Positions 16,341 to 26,550 of a DNA stretch of 34,052 nucleotides are shown one piece after another. How positions within the stretch are numbered: position 1 is the stretch's first letter; each line of letters begins with the position of its first letter. The position numbers and the translations under genes are program-made. The DNA lies in contig JALUCS010000087.1 of assembly GCA_027050205.1 (NCBI GenBank), positions 1 to 34,052 on the forward strand. The letters are read 5' to 3'. The notes below the pieces were generated by a model. That model was not told the DNA's origin. It saw nothing but the letters and a program-made list of their open reading frames with translations, and did no database searches. Source of the DNA: a candidate division WOR-3 bacterium (GTDB taxonomy: Bacteria; Hydrothermota; Hydrothermia; LBFQ01).

Positions 16341-18405
16341 GGTTGGGGAAGAACCTCCGGAGCCTATCGGAGAGACCCCTCCGCCTCCTGGCGTAGTACT
16401 TGCTGTAGTAGGAGGAGGCCCTGCCCACCTGGTTGAATATAACGACGTCGGGGTCTATATCCACCCGCTTGAGGTCGGAGCGGCGGGTGTAGTTGTACCG
16501 GAGGACGAGGATGTACCTAGTGGCGAAACGGTCCAAGAGCTTTATCTCCGGGGATACGGTTATGGGGGGGAGGTCCAGGATGATCCTGTAGGTACCTATC
16601 AGGGGTTCAACGTTATCCAGCATCCTCTTGAAGATCCGGAGGTGGTCCTCCTGCGCCCTGCCTACAGGGAGAACGTAGAGGTCGTCATAGACCTCGTAAG
16701 GCTCGTAGCGGCCATCGGCGTAGCCCTCGGCGTTGGCGAGGTCAAACAGTTCGCTCAACCCCTTGGCCCTCACGTCCCCGTCTATCAAAAGCACGGGCAG
16801 ACCCGACAGGGCGGCTGCGGAGGCGAGGTTGGCGCTGATGAAGGTCTTACCCTCACCCGTACGGGTACTGGTTATGGCGATTATGTCCTTCACCTCGCTG
16901 AACATACCGAGGTCAAAGAGGAGTTTCCGGAACTCGTTCAGGGCGGGGGAGGAGGAGTCAAGGTGCCTTATACGTACCATCTCGTAAGGCAGCATATCGC
17001 TGCGGGAGAACCTCGGCAACAGGACTACCTTCCCCTTCGGGAAGGGGAGGACGTCCTCGTCCAGTACGACGTCGGCCGTGGCATCCTTCAGGAAGGCCAT
17101 GGCAACGCCCAATATCAGACCTATCAGGAAACCGAGGAGGGCGGCGAACCGGCTGCGGTTGTATAGCCCTATCTTCCTGACCTCCGGCTCCCCAAGGATA
17201 GAGACGTCGGGGACGAGGCTCCCCAACTGTACGTCGGTGTCGTTCAACTTCTGGCCGAGGACTATGTAGAAGTCTTCGGCGTTCTCAAGGTTCCGCTGTA
17301 TCGTCAGGAGGGTGGCCTGCTCCCTCAAGACGTCGGGGAGTATCCCCCTGTAGTACTCTATCTGCCTGCGGGTGTAGTTCAGGCTCTTATCCACGGAGCG
17401 GAGGATGAGGGAGTTCAGCTCCTTCAGCCTCTCCTTAAGGCTCTTAACCTCCGGGTGTTCCCATCCCTTTACGGCCCCTACGCTCCTGATCTCGAGTATA
17501 GTGGCAAGCCTCTCCTTCTGGAGGGAGTTTAGGAGAGGTTCCCCCACGTCCACAAAGGCGGTGTCCATCGGGGACTTGAGGAGCATATCACGGAGTTCTT
17601 TGAGGGCCATCTCCCTATCCTTCAACTTACCCATCACGGCCAGGACCTTCTCCTCCGTTAGCTCCGGGTACCTCATCCTCCTTTTGAACTGCTCTATCTC
17701 CTTGGCGAAGCGGTCTATCTCCTCCCTGTACAGCTCCATCAGCTTGGCTATGGTCCTCCTCTGACGGAGCAGCCTCCTCTTCTTGTCCTCCAAGTTCTTC
17801 TCAACTATCCACTTTGAGACCACCTCCACAGCCCTCTCCGCCCACCTCCTGTCGGGGGACTCGTACTCCAAGGTAAAGAAGACGACGCTCTTGGGCATAA
17901 AGGAGGGCTTCTCGTTGTCCTCCTCCATGACCCTTATCCGGCCCCTCGTGAGCCTTCGCCACAGGCCGAGGGTGTCGTACACGACCACTTTAAACCTCTT
18001 GGAGCAGGGACACTTGACCACTCCGGGGGACTTCTCCGTATATACTCCGGGCTTGAGGGCGGTTATTCCGGATATCCGCCCGGCGAGGACCTCGTACATT
18101 AGGGCGGTGTCCCTAAGGCCGACGTAGAAGTCGGGGAACTTTATTTTCAAGGATAGTACGTCTATAGGCTCGGTGGTACTACTTCGGGCTACGGGCATCT
18201 GTTCCGCGAGGACGCTGACCTCCTTCCCTTTCGTCGTCTGCATCATATATATTCGGCCCCTGAAGATGGGTCCCTTTCTAAGGAAGAGGTTGAGGAGAAC
18301 GGCCAGGACGGTGGAGACGAGGGCCGTCAGGAGGATGAGCTTCCATTCCCTTACGAATACCGCCTTTACCCTCCTGAAGATGTACTGGAAGGAGGATTCG
18401 CTCAT
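16318..18405 (-). CDS. Wzc/GumC-like polysaccharide co-polymerase with BY-kinase domain
   Basis: Two TM helices flanking a coiled coil, Walker A TSTRTGEGKT, LIDGD, ILDLPP, C-terminal Tyr cluster SSYYSKYY. Confidence 0.85.
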   Translation of the reverse strand: MSESSFQYIFRRVKAVFVREWKLILLTALVSTVLAVLLNLFLRKGPIFRGRIYMMQTTKGKEVSVLAEQMPVARSSTTEPIDVLSLKIKFPDFYVGLRDTALMYEVLAGRISGITALKPGVYTEKSPGVVKCPCSKRFKVVVYDTLGLWRRLTRGRIRVMEEDNEKPSFMPKSVVFFTLEYESPDRRWAERAVEVVSKWIVEKNLEDKKRRLLRQRRTIAKLMELYREEIDRFAKEIEQFKRRMRYPELTEEKVLAVMGKLKDREMALKELRDMLLKSPMDTAFVDVGEPLLNSLQKERLATILEIRSVGAVKGWEHPEVKSLKERLKELNSLILRSVDKSLNYTRRQIEYYRGILPDVLREQATLLTIQRNLENAEDFYIVLGQKLNDTDVQLGSLVPDVSILGEPEVRKIGLYNRSRFAALLGFLIGLILGVAMAFLKDATADVVLDEDVLPFPKGKVVLLPRFSRSDMLPYEMVRIRHLDSSSPALNEFRKLLFDLGMFSEVKDIIAITSTRTGEGKTFISANLASAAALSGLPVLLIDGDVRAKGLSELFDLANAEGYADGRYEPYEVYDDLYVLPVGRAQEDHLRIFKRMLDNVEPLIGTYRIILDLPPITVSPEIKLLDRFATRYILVLRYNYTRRSDLKRVDIDPDVVIFNQVGRASSYYSKYYARRRRGLSDRLRRFFPNLNVFRRR

Positions 18406-19427
18406 TCTAAGTCCAGCCTCCTCCTCGCCCTCTTGTAGAAACGCTTGAGGTTGCGGATTATGGGCTTGAGGGCCTTCTTGTCGGACGGGGGAGCCTCCTC
18501 GTAGTACTTCAGGGCGACCTCAAAGTACTTTATGGCCTCCTCAAACTTGCCGAGGAAGTACTTGGTGTAGCCGAGGTAGTATGCTATATAGACGACGTTG
18601 TAGGGTACGTTGGGCTGGTCCCTAAGGATGAGGTAGAGGAGACCCTCGTATATGTCCTCGGCCTCGGCAAACCTCCCCTCCTTGAGTAGGAGACCGCCGT
18701 AGACCCACCGGAAGTAACGGCTTTCGGGGTACTTCTCAACGTACTGCTTTAGAATCGGGATGGCCTCGCGGGCCTTTCCCTCCCGCATCAGGACCCACGC
18801 CAGGGTCAAAGCGGCTATCACGGAGGTGTAGTGGCCCTTCCTCCACGCCAGTTTGAGGTAGTCTATCCCCTTCCTTCTGGCCTTCTCCCTGTCTCTAACC
18901 AAGAAGAAGGTCGGTATTATGCCGATGCGGTTGGGGGCCTTGGAGAGGGCGTAGTTGTATATGCCAAGGGGAAAGTAGGCGTCGTAGAGGGTGGAGTCCT
19001 CCTTTACGGTAGCCTTCAGGGGCTTTACCCCCTCCAAGGCGTACTTGAGGGCGACGACGTAGTTTCCGGCCCTACCGGCCCGCATGGCCTTATAGCCGTA
19101 GGCTCCGGCTATGAAGAAGTGCATCCACGCCCGCGTTTCGGGGTCGCTCGCCACGCTCAACCTCTCCCTGGCTTTGTCCTCTGCTATCTTCATGTTCCTG
19201 AAGAACTCGTTCTCATAACGCTTGGTGTGGTAGTCCTCCATGTAGTAGTCGTATATGGCCGCCTTGAAGAAGTACCCTACAGGTTCCTGCGGATACCGTT
19301 TGATAGCCTCGTTTATGACGGACAGGGCAGCACCGTACCTCTCCCGGTACGTGTATTCCAGGGCCGTAAGCACGAGGCTGTCCAGTTCAGGACTGAACGG
19401 TACTGCCGACAGCGTTAATGCTATCAA
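18402..19427 (-). CDS. Tetratricopeptide-repeat protein
   Basis: TPR-like repeats (YDAYFPLGIYNY, AYYLGYTKYFLGKFEEAIKYFEVAL); TTG start with TAAAAT (19436-19441) 8 nt upstream. Confidence 0.8.
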   Translation of the reverse strand: MIALTLSAVPFSPELDSLVLTALEYTYRERYGAALSVINEAIKRYPQEPVGYFFKAAIYDYYMEDYHTKRYENEFFRNMKIAEDKARERLSVASDPETRAWMHFFIAGAYGYKAMRAGRAGNYVVALKYALEGVKPLKATVKEDSTLYDAYFPLGIYNYALSKAPNRIGIIPTFFLVRDREKARRKGIDYLKLAWRKGHYTSVIAALTLAWVLMREGKAREAIPILKQYVEKYPESRYFRWVYGGLLLKEGRFAEAEDIYEGLLYLILRDQPNVPYNVVYIAYYLGYTKYFLGKFEEAIKYFEVALKYYEEAPPSDKKALKPIIRNLKRFYKRARRRLDLE

Positions 19428-21849
19428 CGGGTGTTATTTTACCGGCGACAGCCTCGTTCAGGGGGACATCGTAGAACAGGCCCCTGAAGAGTACAACGTT
19501 CCCCCTGACGTCCTCGCTTACGGCCACGCTCACCTCGTACTCCCTGCCGCCCACCTTGAGGAGGGCCTTGGCTCCGTCCTTGAGGCCCGAGGACTGGGCC
19601 AACTCTCTGCTTACGAAGACGGTCTTCTCCTTGACGAAGGGCTTGTGTATCCTGTTCCGGAAGGCGTAGTAGGAGCCTTTGTAGATGTCGGGGACGTGGA
19701 GGAGGAGGGTACCCTCCCTAAGCTCTCCCTTAACAGGCTCGTAGCCCTCGGCGGAGAAGGTGTAGCGGGCGAGGGGGTAGCGGTAGGCCCTCTTGAGTTT
19801 GGCGATGGTGGGTACGTAGTCGGGGTAGGGCCTCTCCTCGTAGGGCATCTCGTAGGGGTCAAACTCCAGATCCTGATAGACGAGGACGTTCCTCTTCATC
19901 TCGTTGAAGACGTCCCGCGCACTCCTCCACGGGGCGTTCCCGCCGAGGCGGTTTATGAGGCTCTTGAATATCCACCAGGCGGGGCGACTCCCGGCGTAGG
20001 GCCAGAGGGCGTCCTTGCCGTACTGCACCCTCCCCTCAAGGTTGGTGCGGGTGCCATCCTCCTCGTAGGGGACGGTTATGGGCAGGACGGCGGAGGCGTA
20101 CTCTGTAGAGGGATCCCAGAAGGAGGTCATAACGACCACGAAGGGCGTATTCTCAAGGGCCTTTACGACGAGGTCCCTGTCGTAGTACTCGTAGAGTGGC
20201 TCAACCTCCCAGAGGAAGAGGACGTCTATCTCACCGCTGGCAGCCTTCCGGAGGATCTCCCCCGTGGTGGCACCGTCGGGGAAGGGCGAGAACTCAACGT
20301 CCACGAACCCCTGACCGTTGGGTGCGGTGCGCAGGAGGAGGAACTTCACCCTGTCGTCCAAAGCGGAGAGGTGGGCCAGGTTGGACTGGGCCTCCGCCTC
20401 AAGGTCGTCCGGGAAGATGATGAGGGGAGCCTTGGCCTCTCTGAAGGCCTCAACGGCTCCCGCGTACTTGGGGTCGGGATTCTCGCTGTGGAACTGGTAG
20501 GAGGCGTAGGTCTCCCCACCGGCGGGTATCTCCACCCACTCGGCCCAGCCGTCCCGTACGTACCTCTCCCTGTAGGGGTTGAGGACGAAGATCCTGGCGC
20601 CCCTGCGGGCGGCCCTTACGAGACGGATACCGATGCCGGGGACGGTCTCCCTGACGTCCCCGAAGATGAATATGGCGTCCGCCCTGTCTATGTCTGCCAC
20701 CTTGCCCGTGGAGGCGGAGTAGCCGACGGCCCTCCGTACGGGGTCCTCCTTGAAGGCCACGTGAGGCCTACGGAAGTCTATGTCGTAGGTCTCCAGAATC
20801 TCCTTGAAGAACTTCCGCCCGGCGTAGGCGGCCTCGTTGGTACCCCTTCCACCGGCCAGAGCGGCCACCCTCTTACCCTTGAGGTTCTCGGCCACCCAGT
20901 CCAGGGCGAGGCTCCAGTTCACCTTCACCCACTTACCGTCCTTCGCCTTGAGGTGGGGGTAATCCACCCTGTCCTTGTGGTTATAGACGTACTCGTGGGA
21001 GAACCTGTCCCTGTCCGTAATCCAGAACTCGTTGACGTCGGGGTTCTCCCTTCCGTTTATCCGTACTATCTTATGCACGTCCTCCCTCTTGCCACCCTTC
21101 ACCATCTTACCCTTGGAGTAGGGTTTGCGGCTTATGACCTCAACGGTGACGTTGGCTCCGAGGGAGTCCTCCGGGCTTATGGCCGGGACCCTCTCAAGGT
21201 TCCACGGGCGGGTGTAGTACTTGTAATCCGCCCCGTTTATGGCCCCGACCGGGCAGACCTCTATGAGGTTCCCGGAAAACTCGTTGTTGATAAAGCGGTC
21301 CTTCTCCGGACCGAAGACGGTGTACCAACCCCTGTCAAACATTGACCAGTCCCTTCCACCCCCGATGGTCCAGTAGAAGGTGGAACACTTGAAGCACTGG
21401 ATGCACCTGTGAGGCTCAAGGTCAAAGTAGGGGCCGGCGTCGTGCTTGGGGAAGAGCCTCTTGGGGAAGGCGTACTTGCTCGTCGTGGGGCCGAAGAGGT
21501 AGGTTATCTCCTGGAGGTCGCACTCCCCACCCTTGTCGCATATGGGGCAGTCAAGGGGGTGGTTCGTCAGGAGTAGGGCCACGACCGACCTCTGGGTCTC
21601 CTTCACGGGGTCGGTATTCGTCCATACCTTCATCCCGTTCTCCGCCCTCGTGGCACAGGAGGGTTTGAGTCCCCTCCTCCCCCTCCTGTCCTCCACCTCA
21701 ACGAGGCAGACCCTACACCCCGCCCACACGGGGAGCTTCGGGTGATAACAAAATACGGGGATCCTCTCCCCGTTTCTCCAGGCAACGTCAAGGATAGTTT
21801 CCCCTTCTTTGAACTCAACCTCCTTACCGTTCAGCAAGAGCTTGGCCAT
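19387..21849 (-). CDS. nuoG: NADH-quinone oxidoreductase subunit G
   Basis: FCYHPKL..GCRVCLVE, HPLDCPICDKGGECDLQE, RCIQCFKC..EVCPVGA; start MAKLLLNGKEV at 21849, 7 nt after TATAAT (21857-21862). Confidence 0.92.
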   Translation of the reverse strand: MAKLLLNGKEVEFKEGETILDVAWRNGERIPVFCYHPKLPVWAGCRVCLVEVEDRRGRRGLKPSCATRAENGMKVWTNTDPVKETQRSVVALLLTNHPLDCPICDKGGECDLQEITYLFGPTTSKYAFPKRLFPKHDAGPYFDLEPHRCIQCFKCSTFYWTIGGGRDWSMFDRGWYTVFGPEKDRFINNEFSGNLIEVCPVGAINGADYKYYTRPWNLERVPAISPEDSLGANVTVEVISRKPYSKGKMVKGGKREDVHKIVRINGRENPDVNEFWITDRDRFSHEYVYNHKDRVDYPHLKAKDGKWVKVNWSLALDWVAENLKGKRVAALAGGRGTNEAAYAGRKFFKEILETYDIDFRRPHVAFKEDPVRRAVGYSASTGKVADIDRADAIFIFGDVRETVPGIGIRLVRAARRGARIFVLNPYRERYVRDGWAEWVEIPAGGETYASYQFHSENPDPKYAGAVEAFREAKAPLIIFPDDLEAEAQSNLAHLSALDDRVKFLLLRTAPNGQGFVDVEFSPFPDGATTGEILRKAASGEIDVLFLWEVEPLYEYYDRDLVVKALENTPFVVVMTSFWDPSTEYASAVLPITVPYEEDGTRTNLEGRVQYGKDALWPYAGSRPAWWIFKSLINRLGGNAPWRSARDVFNEMKRNVLVYQDLEFDPYEMPYEERPYPDYVPTIAKLKRAYRYPLARYTFSAEGYEPVKGELREGTLLLHVPDIYKGSYYAFRNRIHKPFVKEKTVFVSRELAQSSGLKDGAKALLKVGGREYEVSVAVSEDVRGNVVLFRGLFYDVPLNEAVAGKITPVDSINAVGSTVQS

Positions 21850-21856
21850 GGAGGGT

Positions 21857-21862
21857 ATTATA
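21857..21862 (-). promoter_or_regulatory. -10 box TATAAT for nuoG
   Basis: TTCCCCAGTATAAT-ACCCTCC-ATG. Confidence 0.75.
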
Positions 21863-22150
21863 CTGGGGAAGGGAAGGACGAAACCCTGCGATGTCGCCAC
21901 ACCTCCCCCAAATCGGCCGGGGCGAACGTTGGGGATGGAGGCGCACGTATCACCGGAAGCGGAGCGATCGGGTACGTCCAGGATAGTCTCGTTTCGGTTG
22001 CGGATCAAGGATCGCCCGGATATTTGCCGGAAAATAGGAGGCTCCTGTTAGCAAATTATTCAAAAAATTGCGGGTAATCTCAAGAATCTTCAAAATTTTA
22101 CGCGATATATAACCATTCCATCCCTCATTTACGTATTTGACCGATGGGGT

Positions 22151-22216
22151 TGTGAAAAATCTTTAATGGGGTTTTCAAGAATCTTAAAGTGAGATTTGCA
22201 ATTTCTTACAGTTTTT
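22151..22216 (+). repeat. Degenerate 3 x 22-bp tandem array
   Basis: TGTGAA-AAATC-TTTAAT-GGGGT / TTTCAA-GAATC-TTAAAG-TGAGA / TTTGCA-ATTTC-TTACAG-TTTTT. Confidence 0.5.
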
Positions 22217-22337
22217 ATGGAATCCTGTTCTATCTCGTATGAGTCTTTCCTATTAGTTGGGCTGTCCTTCAACGGCATTTTGGACTTATAGGTGAGTTGT
22301 CCCATATTGGAGTAATTCTCCAATTTACCACAATATC

Positions 22338-22381
22338 CCTTCAAAAGTCGAAAGTCGTATTTCAATATCCCCGTTCTTCCT
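22338..22381 (+). repeat. 22-bp unit plus degenerate follower
   Basis: CCTTCA-AAAGT-CGAAAG-TCGTA-TTTCAAT, close to 22529 CCTTCA-AAAAC-CGAAAG-TCGGA-CTTCAAT. Confidence 0.65.
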
Positions 22382-22528
22382 ACGATAAATTTTGAACGAC
22401 GTCCGATGCGGACAACTTTTGGAATATTTGCCCCGTATTTTGGGGAATACAAAGCACAATTGGTGAAAAATCGGCAGAAAATTGGGCATTATGCTAATAA
22501 GGAGGACGTCCTAACCGATGCTCTACTA

Positions 22529-22818
22529 CCTTCAAAAACCGAAAGTCGGACTTCAATGAGCTGATGGTCGCACTTCAGCTCCCGTTGCAAGGTTTTGAAC
22601 AGCATAGGGTTCAACTCCTTCCGGAACTTTGCTTCAAACGGAGGTCGCCAAATCCCTATTGAGAACCGAATGACTGGACGTGGCCCTACGGTTGGATAAG
22701 TTCGTAGGGTCTTACCCGTTTGCTGGGACTACAGGGCAATCACCACTCCATCAGCGGAAACCCAAAACGGAGGGTGCGAGGTACAATTGCCGGAAGGCAA
22801 ATACGGGTTAAGGTCCCG
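22529..22818 (+). repeat. Modular intergenic element, copy A (22-bp units, TTGAAC-N8-GTTCAA block, CCATCAGCG block, GGAAGGCA..AATACGGG..GGTCCCG block)
   Basis: Blocks 22567-22626 and 22768-22818 align with 30019-30090 and 30099-30152. Confidence 0.8.
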
Positions 22819-23066
22819 TCGGAGATGACCTCATGGCCGAATACGAGGAATCACAATCGGAACTTCAGGACCCCCTACGACGGGCTTTCAACGGCATTAC
22901 CCTACGATGCGGATCCTCGTAGGCTACCCCCTTACAACGGTTCTGACGTCAAGGCTTCCGTGGTTGTTGCTTGCCCTTTGGGACCTCGACAAGTGTCTCA
23001 CCTTTCAACGTATCCTTGTAAAAGTGCAACACCTCGCCCCCACAGGGGCGATCCACCGTACCCCAG

Positions 23067-23072
23067 TATAAT
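23067..23072 (+). promoter_or_regulatory. -10 box TATAAT, 9 nt before cysS ATG
   Basis: CCCCAGTATAAT-CCCCTTCGT-ATG. Confidence 0.75.
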
Positions 23073-23081
23073 CCCCTTCGT

Positions 23082-24398
23082 ATGTATCTCTACAACACCC
23101 TGACCGGCAAGAAGGAGGAGTTCGCCCCCTTGAGGGACAACACCGTCCGCGCCTACGTCTGTGGTATGACCGTTCAGGACAGCCCCCACGTCGGCCATAT
23201 GAGGGTCTTCACCGTATTTGACGCCCTCTTCCGCTTCTTCAAGGCGCTCGGATGGGAGGTCAGGGCGGTCCAGAACTTCACGGATATAGACGACAAGATC
23301 ATAACCAAGGCCAGAGAGGAGGGGATAGACTGGCGGTTTCTGGCCGACAGGTACGAGATGGAGTACAGGGAGGTCGCCCGCCGGATGAACTTCCTCCCCT
23401 TAATGCACCCAAGGGCCACCCAGCACATACAGGAGATTGTTGAGATGATAGGTGCCATAATTGAGCGGGGGTACGCGTACGAGAGCGGCGGGAACGTCTG
23501 GTTCTCCGTCCGTAAGTTCGCCGAAGATTACGGGTACGGTAAGCTGGCAAAGATGTCCCTTGACGAGATGTTAGCCGGGGCGAGGGTGGAGCCTGACCCC
23601 ACCAAGAGGGATCCCCTTGACTTCGCCCTCTGGAAGGCCCACAAGGAGGGGGAGCCTTACTGGTACAGCCCCTGGGGGAAAGGCAGGCCCGGATGGCACA
23701 TTGAATGCTCGGCTATGTCCAGTAAGCACCTCGGCCTCCCCCTTGACATCCACGGCGGTGGCAGGGACCTGATATTCCCCCACCACGAGGACGAGATAGC
23801 CCAGACCGAGGCGGCGACGGGCCAGACCTTCGCCCGCTTCTGGATGCACGTGGGACTCCTCACCTTCCGTGGTGAGAAGATGTCCAAGTCCCTGAAGAAC
23901 TACTTCGTAGCGAGGGAAATCCTTGAGGACTACTCCCCGGACACCCTCCGGCACCTCCTCCTCTCCGCCCACTACCGGAGCGACCTTGAGTTCTACCCGG
24001 AGAAGTTGGACGAACATGCGAGGGCCGTAGCCCGCCTTAGGGATGCCATCGCCGGCATAGAAGAGGACGGGGAAGAGGACGAGGGTCTGAAGGAGGAGAT
24101 ATACGGGGCCTTGAAGGACGACTTCAACACCCCGGAGGCCTTCGGCCTCATCTTCTCGGCGTTGGATAACCCGACGCCGGCGAAACTAAGGACGGTCAAG
24201 GGGGTTATGGAGATGCTCGGCTTCCGCCTTAGCGAGGAGGAGGAGGACGACACCCTCCAAAGGCTGGTCAAACTCCGTGAGGAGGCCCGGAGGGAGAAGA
24301 ACTACGACCTCGCCGACCGCATAAGGGACGTCCTCAAGATGGTGGGCGTGGAGCTGATGGACGTACCGGGAGGGACGAAGGTCCGAAAGGTCAGGTGA
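23082..24398 (+). CDS. cysS: Cysteine--tRNA ligase
   Basis: [52 protein letters not shown]. Confidence 0.97.
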   Translation: MYLYNTLTGKKEEFAPLRDNTVRAYVCGMTVQDSPHVGHMRVFTVFDALFRFFKALGWEVRAVQNFTDIDDKIITKAREEGIDWRFLADRYEMEYREVARRMNFLPLMHPRATQHIQEIVEMIGAIIERGYAYESGGNVWFSVRKFAEDYGYGKLAKMSLDEMLAGARVEPDPTKRDPLDFALWKAHKEGEPYWYSPWGKGRPGWHIECSAMSSKHLGLPLDIHGGGRDLIFPHHEDEIAQTEAATGQTFARFWMHVGLLTFRGEKMSKSLKNYFVAREILEDYSPDTLRHLLLSAHYRSDLEFYPEKLDEHARAVARLRDAIAGIEEDGEEDEGLKEEIYGALKDDFNTPEAFGLIFSALDNPTPAKLRTVKGVMEMLGFRLSEEEEDDTLQRLVKLREEARREKNYDLADRIRDVLKMVGVELMDVPGGTKVRKVR

Positions 24399-25827
24399 GG
24401 GAGTAGCGCTGCCTTAGCACCTTCAGGGTGGCGTCTATCAGCCCCGTAAAGAGGAGGTCGGCGTCCCTCTCCCGGACATATTCGTCCATACCCTTTATCT
24501 CCTCCCCTATCCGCCTTATCTCCTCGGCCCCTGCGTAGTCTTTGAACCTCTCGTACAGGCCGATGTGGGCGTCCTTCTTCACTATCGCCTCTATGCCGTC
24601 CAGAACCTGCCTGTGGGCGGTACCCTCCCATATCGGCAGTATCATAGCCTCCCTCAAAAGCCTCTCAACCGGGTACTCCTCAAGTACCCCCATCCCGCCG
24701 TGGACTTCCATCGCCCACTTCGCCGCACTTACGGAGACCTCGGCCGTCCAGTACTTGGCCATGTGGGCTATGAGACGGAAGGTGTGGTAGGCCTGTGAGT
24801 ACCTCGGCTTCTCAAGATAGACCCCGTCTAAGGCCTCAACGGCCTCCCAGGCGAGGGCGAAGGCCTCCCTTACCTCCCTCCTCATATCCTCAAACTGCCT
24901 TCGTAGGAGGGGATGCTCGCTTATGTACTTTCCGAAGGCCCACCTCTTTCTGGCGAAGGTCAGGGCCTCAACCCACGCCCTGTGGGCCAGAGCCACGCTC
25001 CCCACACTGTTGGCCACGCGGGAGACGTTCAGGGCCTCAAGGATGAGGTATATACCCCACTCCTCCCGGCCGAGGAGGTAGGCTTCGGAGTCCCTCAACT
25101 CCACCTCCCCGGTGGGTACGGACCTCGTCCCTATCTTGGGCTTTATCCTCCGCACCAGATAGTTGAGGGAGCCGTCCCGCCTGTACTTCGGCAACAGGAA
25201 GAGGGCGAGGCTCCGGACTCCCTTCGGCTTCCCCTTTATCCGGGCGGCCACGACGGCCACCTCCGCCCCGACGTTGCTGGCGAAGTACTTCTCACCGTTC
25301 AGGATATAGAGGCCATCGCCTATGGGAGCGGCGACGGTCTCAACGGTGTTTCCGAGGTCGGACCCTCCTCTGGCCTCCGTCATCCAGGTCGCCCCCTGCC
25401 ATATCTCACCCTCCGTAGCGATGAGGTTTGGGAGGTACTTCTCCTTCAACTCTTCGCTCCCGTACTTGTATAAGGGCAGGGCGGTTGATATGGAGACGGT
25501 GTAGGGGCAGTAGACCCCCGGATCGTAGAAGGAGGTTATGTAGCCGAGGACGTAGAAGGGCTTCAGGCTACCCTCCTTGAAGGCCCTACCCACCACCCCC
25601 GCCCTGTATCCGGCGTATAGCATTTCCCAGTACTCCGGGGGATAGAGCAGCTCGTCTATGCGGTTCCCCCACCTGTCAAACATACGCAACTGTACGGTCC
25701 CCACACGGTCTACGGCCTCGGAGATGTACTTCCACCTTCTATCCCACTCCTCCTCGTACTTGAGATCCTCCTCCTTCACCTCTATGCCGAAGTCCTTCAG
25801 CATCCCGGACGGTCTCTCCGGAAGCAT
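24391..25827 (-). CDS. Acyl-CoA dehydrogenase family protein (AidB-like)
   Basis: GATWMTEARGGSDLG, LNGEKYFAS, KIGTRSVPTGEV, EVHGGMG, ILPIWEGT; TAAAAT (25835-25840) 7 nt before ATG. Confidence 0.9.
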   Translation of the reverse strand: MLPERPSGMLKDFGIEVKEEDLKYEEEWDRRWKYISEAVDRVGTVQLRMFDRWGNRIDELLYPPEYWEMLYAGYRAGVVGRAFKEGSLKPFYVLGYITSFYDPGVYCPYTVSISTALPLYKYGSEELKEKYLPNLIATEGEIWQGATWMTEARGGSDLGNTVETVAAPIGDGLYILNGEKYFASNVGAEVAVVAARIKGKPKGVRSLALFLLPKYRRDGSLNYLVRRIKPKIGTRSVPTGEVELRDSEAYLLGREEWGIYLILEALNVSRVANSVGSVALAHRAWVEALTFARKRWAFGKYISEHPLLRRQFEDMRREVREAFALAWEAVEALDGVYLEKPRYSQAYHTFRLIAHMAKYWTAEVSVSAAKWAMEVHGGMGVLEEYPVERLLREAMILPIWEGTAHRQVLDGIEAIVKKDAHIGLYERFKDYAGAEEIRRIGEEIKGMDEYVRERDADLLFTGLIDATLKVLRQRYSLT

Positions 25828-26550
25828 AGGGTGGATTTTAAGGCCGACTAAGTGCGGTTTTACGAAAGGCGACTGCCAATTCCATAAAGGACAACTGTAT
25901 TCAGCGTATGGAGTGATGCAACCTCCGAGGAGCCATTAGGGTGAAATTACCCGTATCGCCATTGTCAAAATCCTGAATCTGGAACACCTCACATTTTCAA
26001 AGCAAAGGATGGTCAAAATCTGTAATGGAGATTGCAATGAAGTTAGGAAGGCAGACTACGAGTTCTCCGAAATGCAAGTACCAAAGTCCAATTTTAGTTT
26101 TTGAATGTGCGTTCTACCGGCGTAGCACCGGATGCCAAATCCTTAGAGGAGGGATGCCGTACCCTATTTTGGAATGCACGGCAAGGTCGGGCGTTGTAAT
26201 ATTCGGTTCATCATCAACAAACCACACAATCTTGCAGTTTTATAATCTGAAATACCAAATTTCCGCAAAAAGTTGGTATTTTCAAAAATTCAATATTAAA
26301 ATTCACAGCGGAGATAACGCGCTGTTCGGCGTATATGCGGCCTCCAAGAGGTCGTTGGGGCGGTTTCCGAACCCTTCCGGTTTCCCGAATTACGAAGGGA
26401 ACTACGGGGACTCTGCGGCTCCCTAAATTTCCCGTAAGGTGCAAACAGTAGCCGGTATTCAAAGGATAGAGGGATTGGCAGGTTCTTGTATCTATGGGGT
26501 TGATGTAAACGTGAATACCCACCGTAATGCTGGCCTTTGAATGCAGGCTA

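Noticed and set aside
21140..21200. NuoG lacks the N7 cluster cysteines (ISPEDSLGAN)
   Set aside because: N7 absence is common among NuoG/Nqo3 proteins and not remarkable
19255..21345. 696-aa plus-strand ORF
   Set aside because: Antisense shadow of nuoG caused by codon bias; no recognisable motifs and no -10/start signal. The same applies to other long antisense ORFs such as 30454-31548 and 11252-11956.
21850..22008. 53-aa N-terminal extension of NuoG in the ORF track
   Set aside because: NuoG homology begins at MAKLLLNGKEV (21849), and TATAAT lies inside the supposed extension 7 nt before that ATG
22129..23103. ORFs 22129-22452 (-) and 22720-23103 (+) in the nuoG-cysS spacer
   Set aside because: Non-host codon usage and no motifs; they run through repeat modules whose copies differ by non-triplet indels
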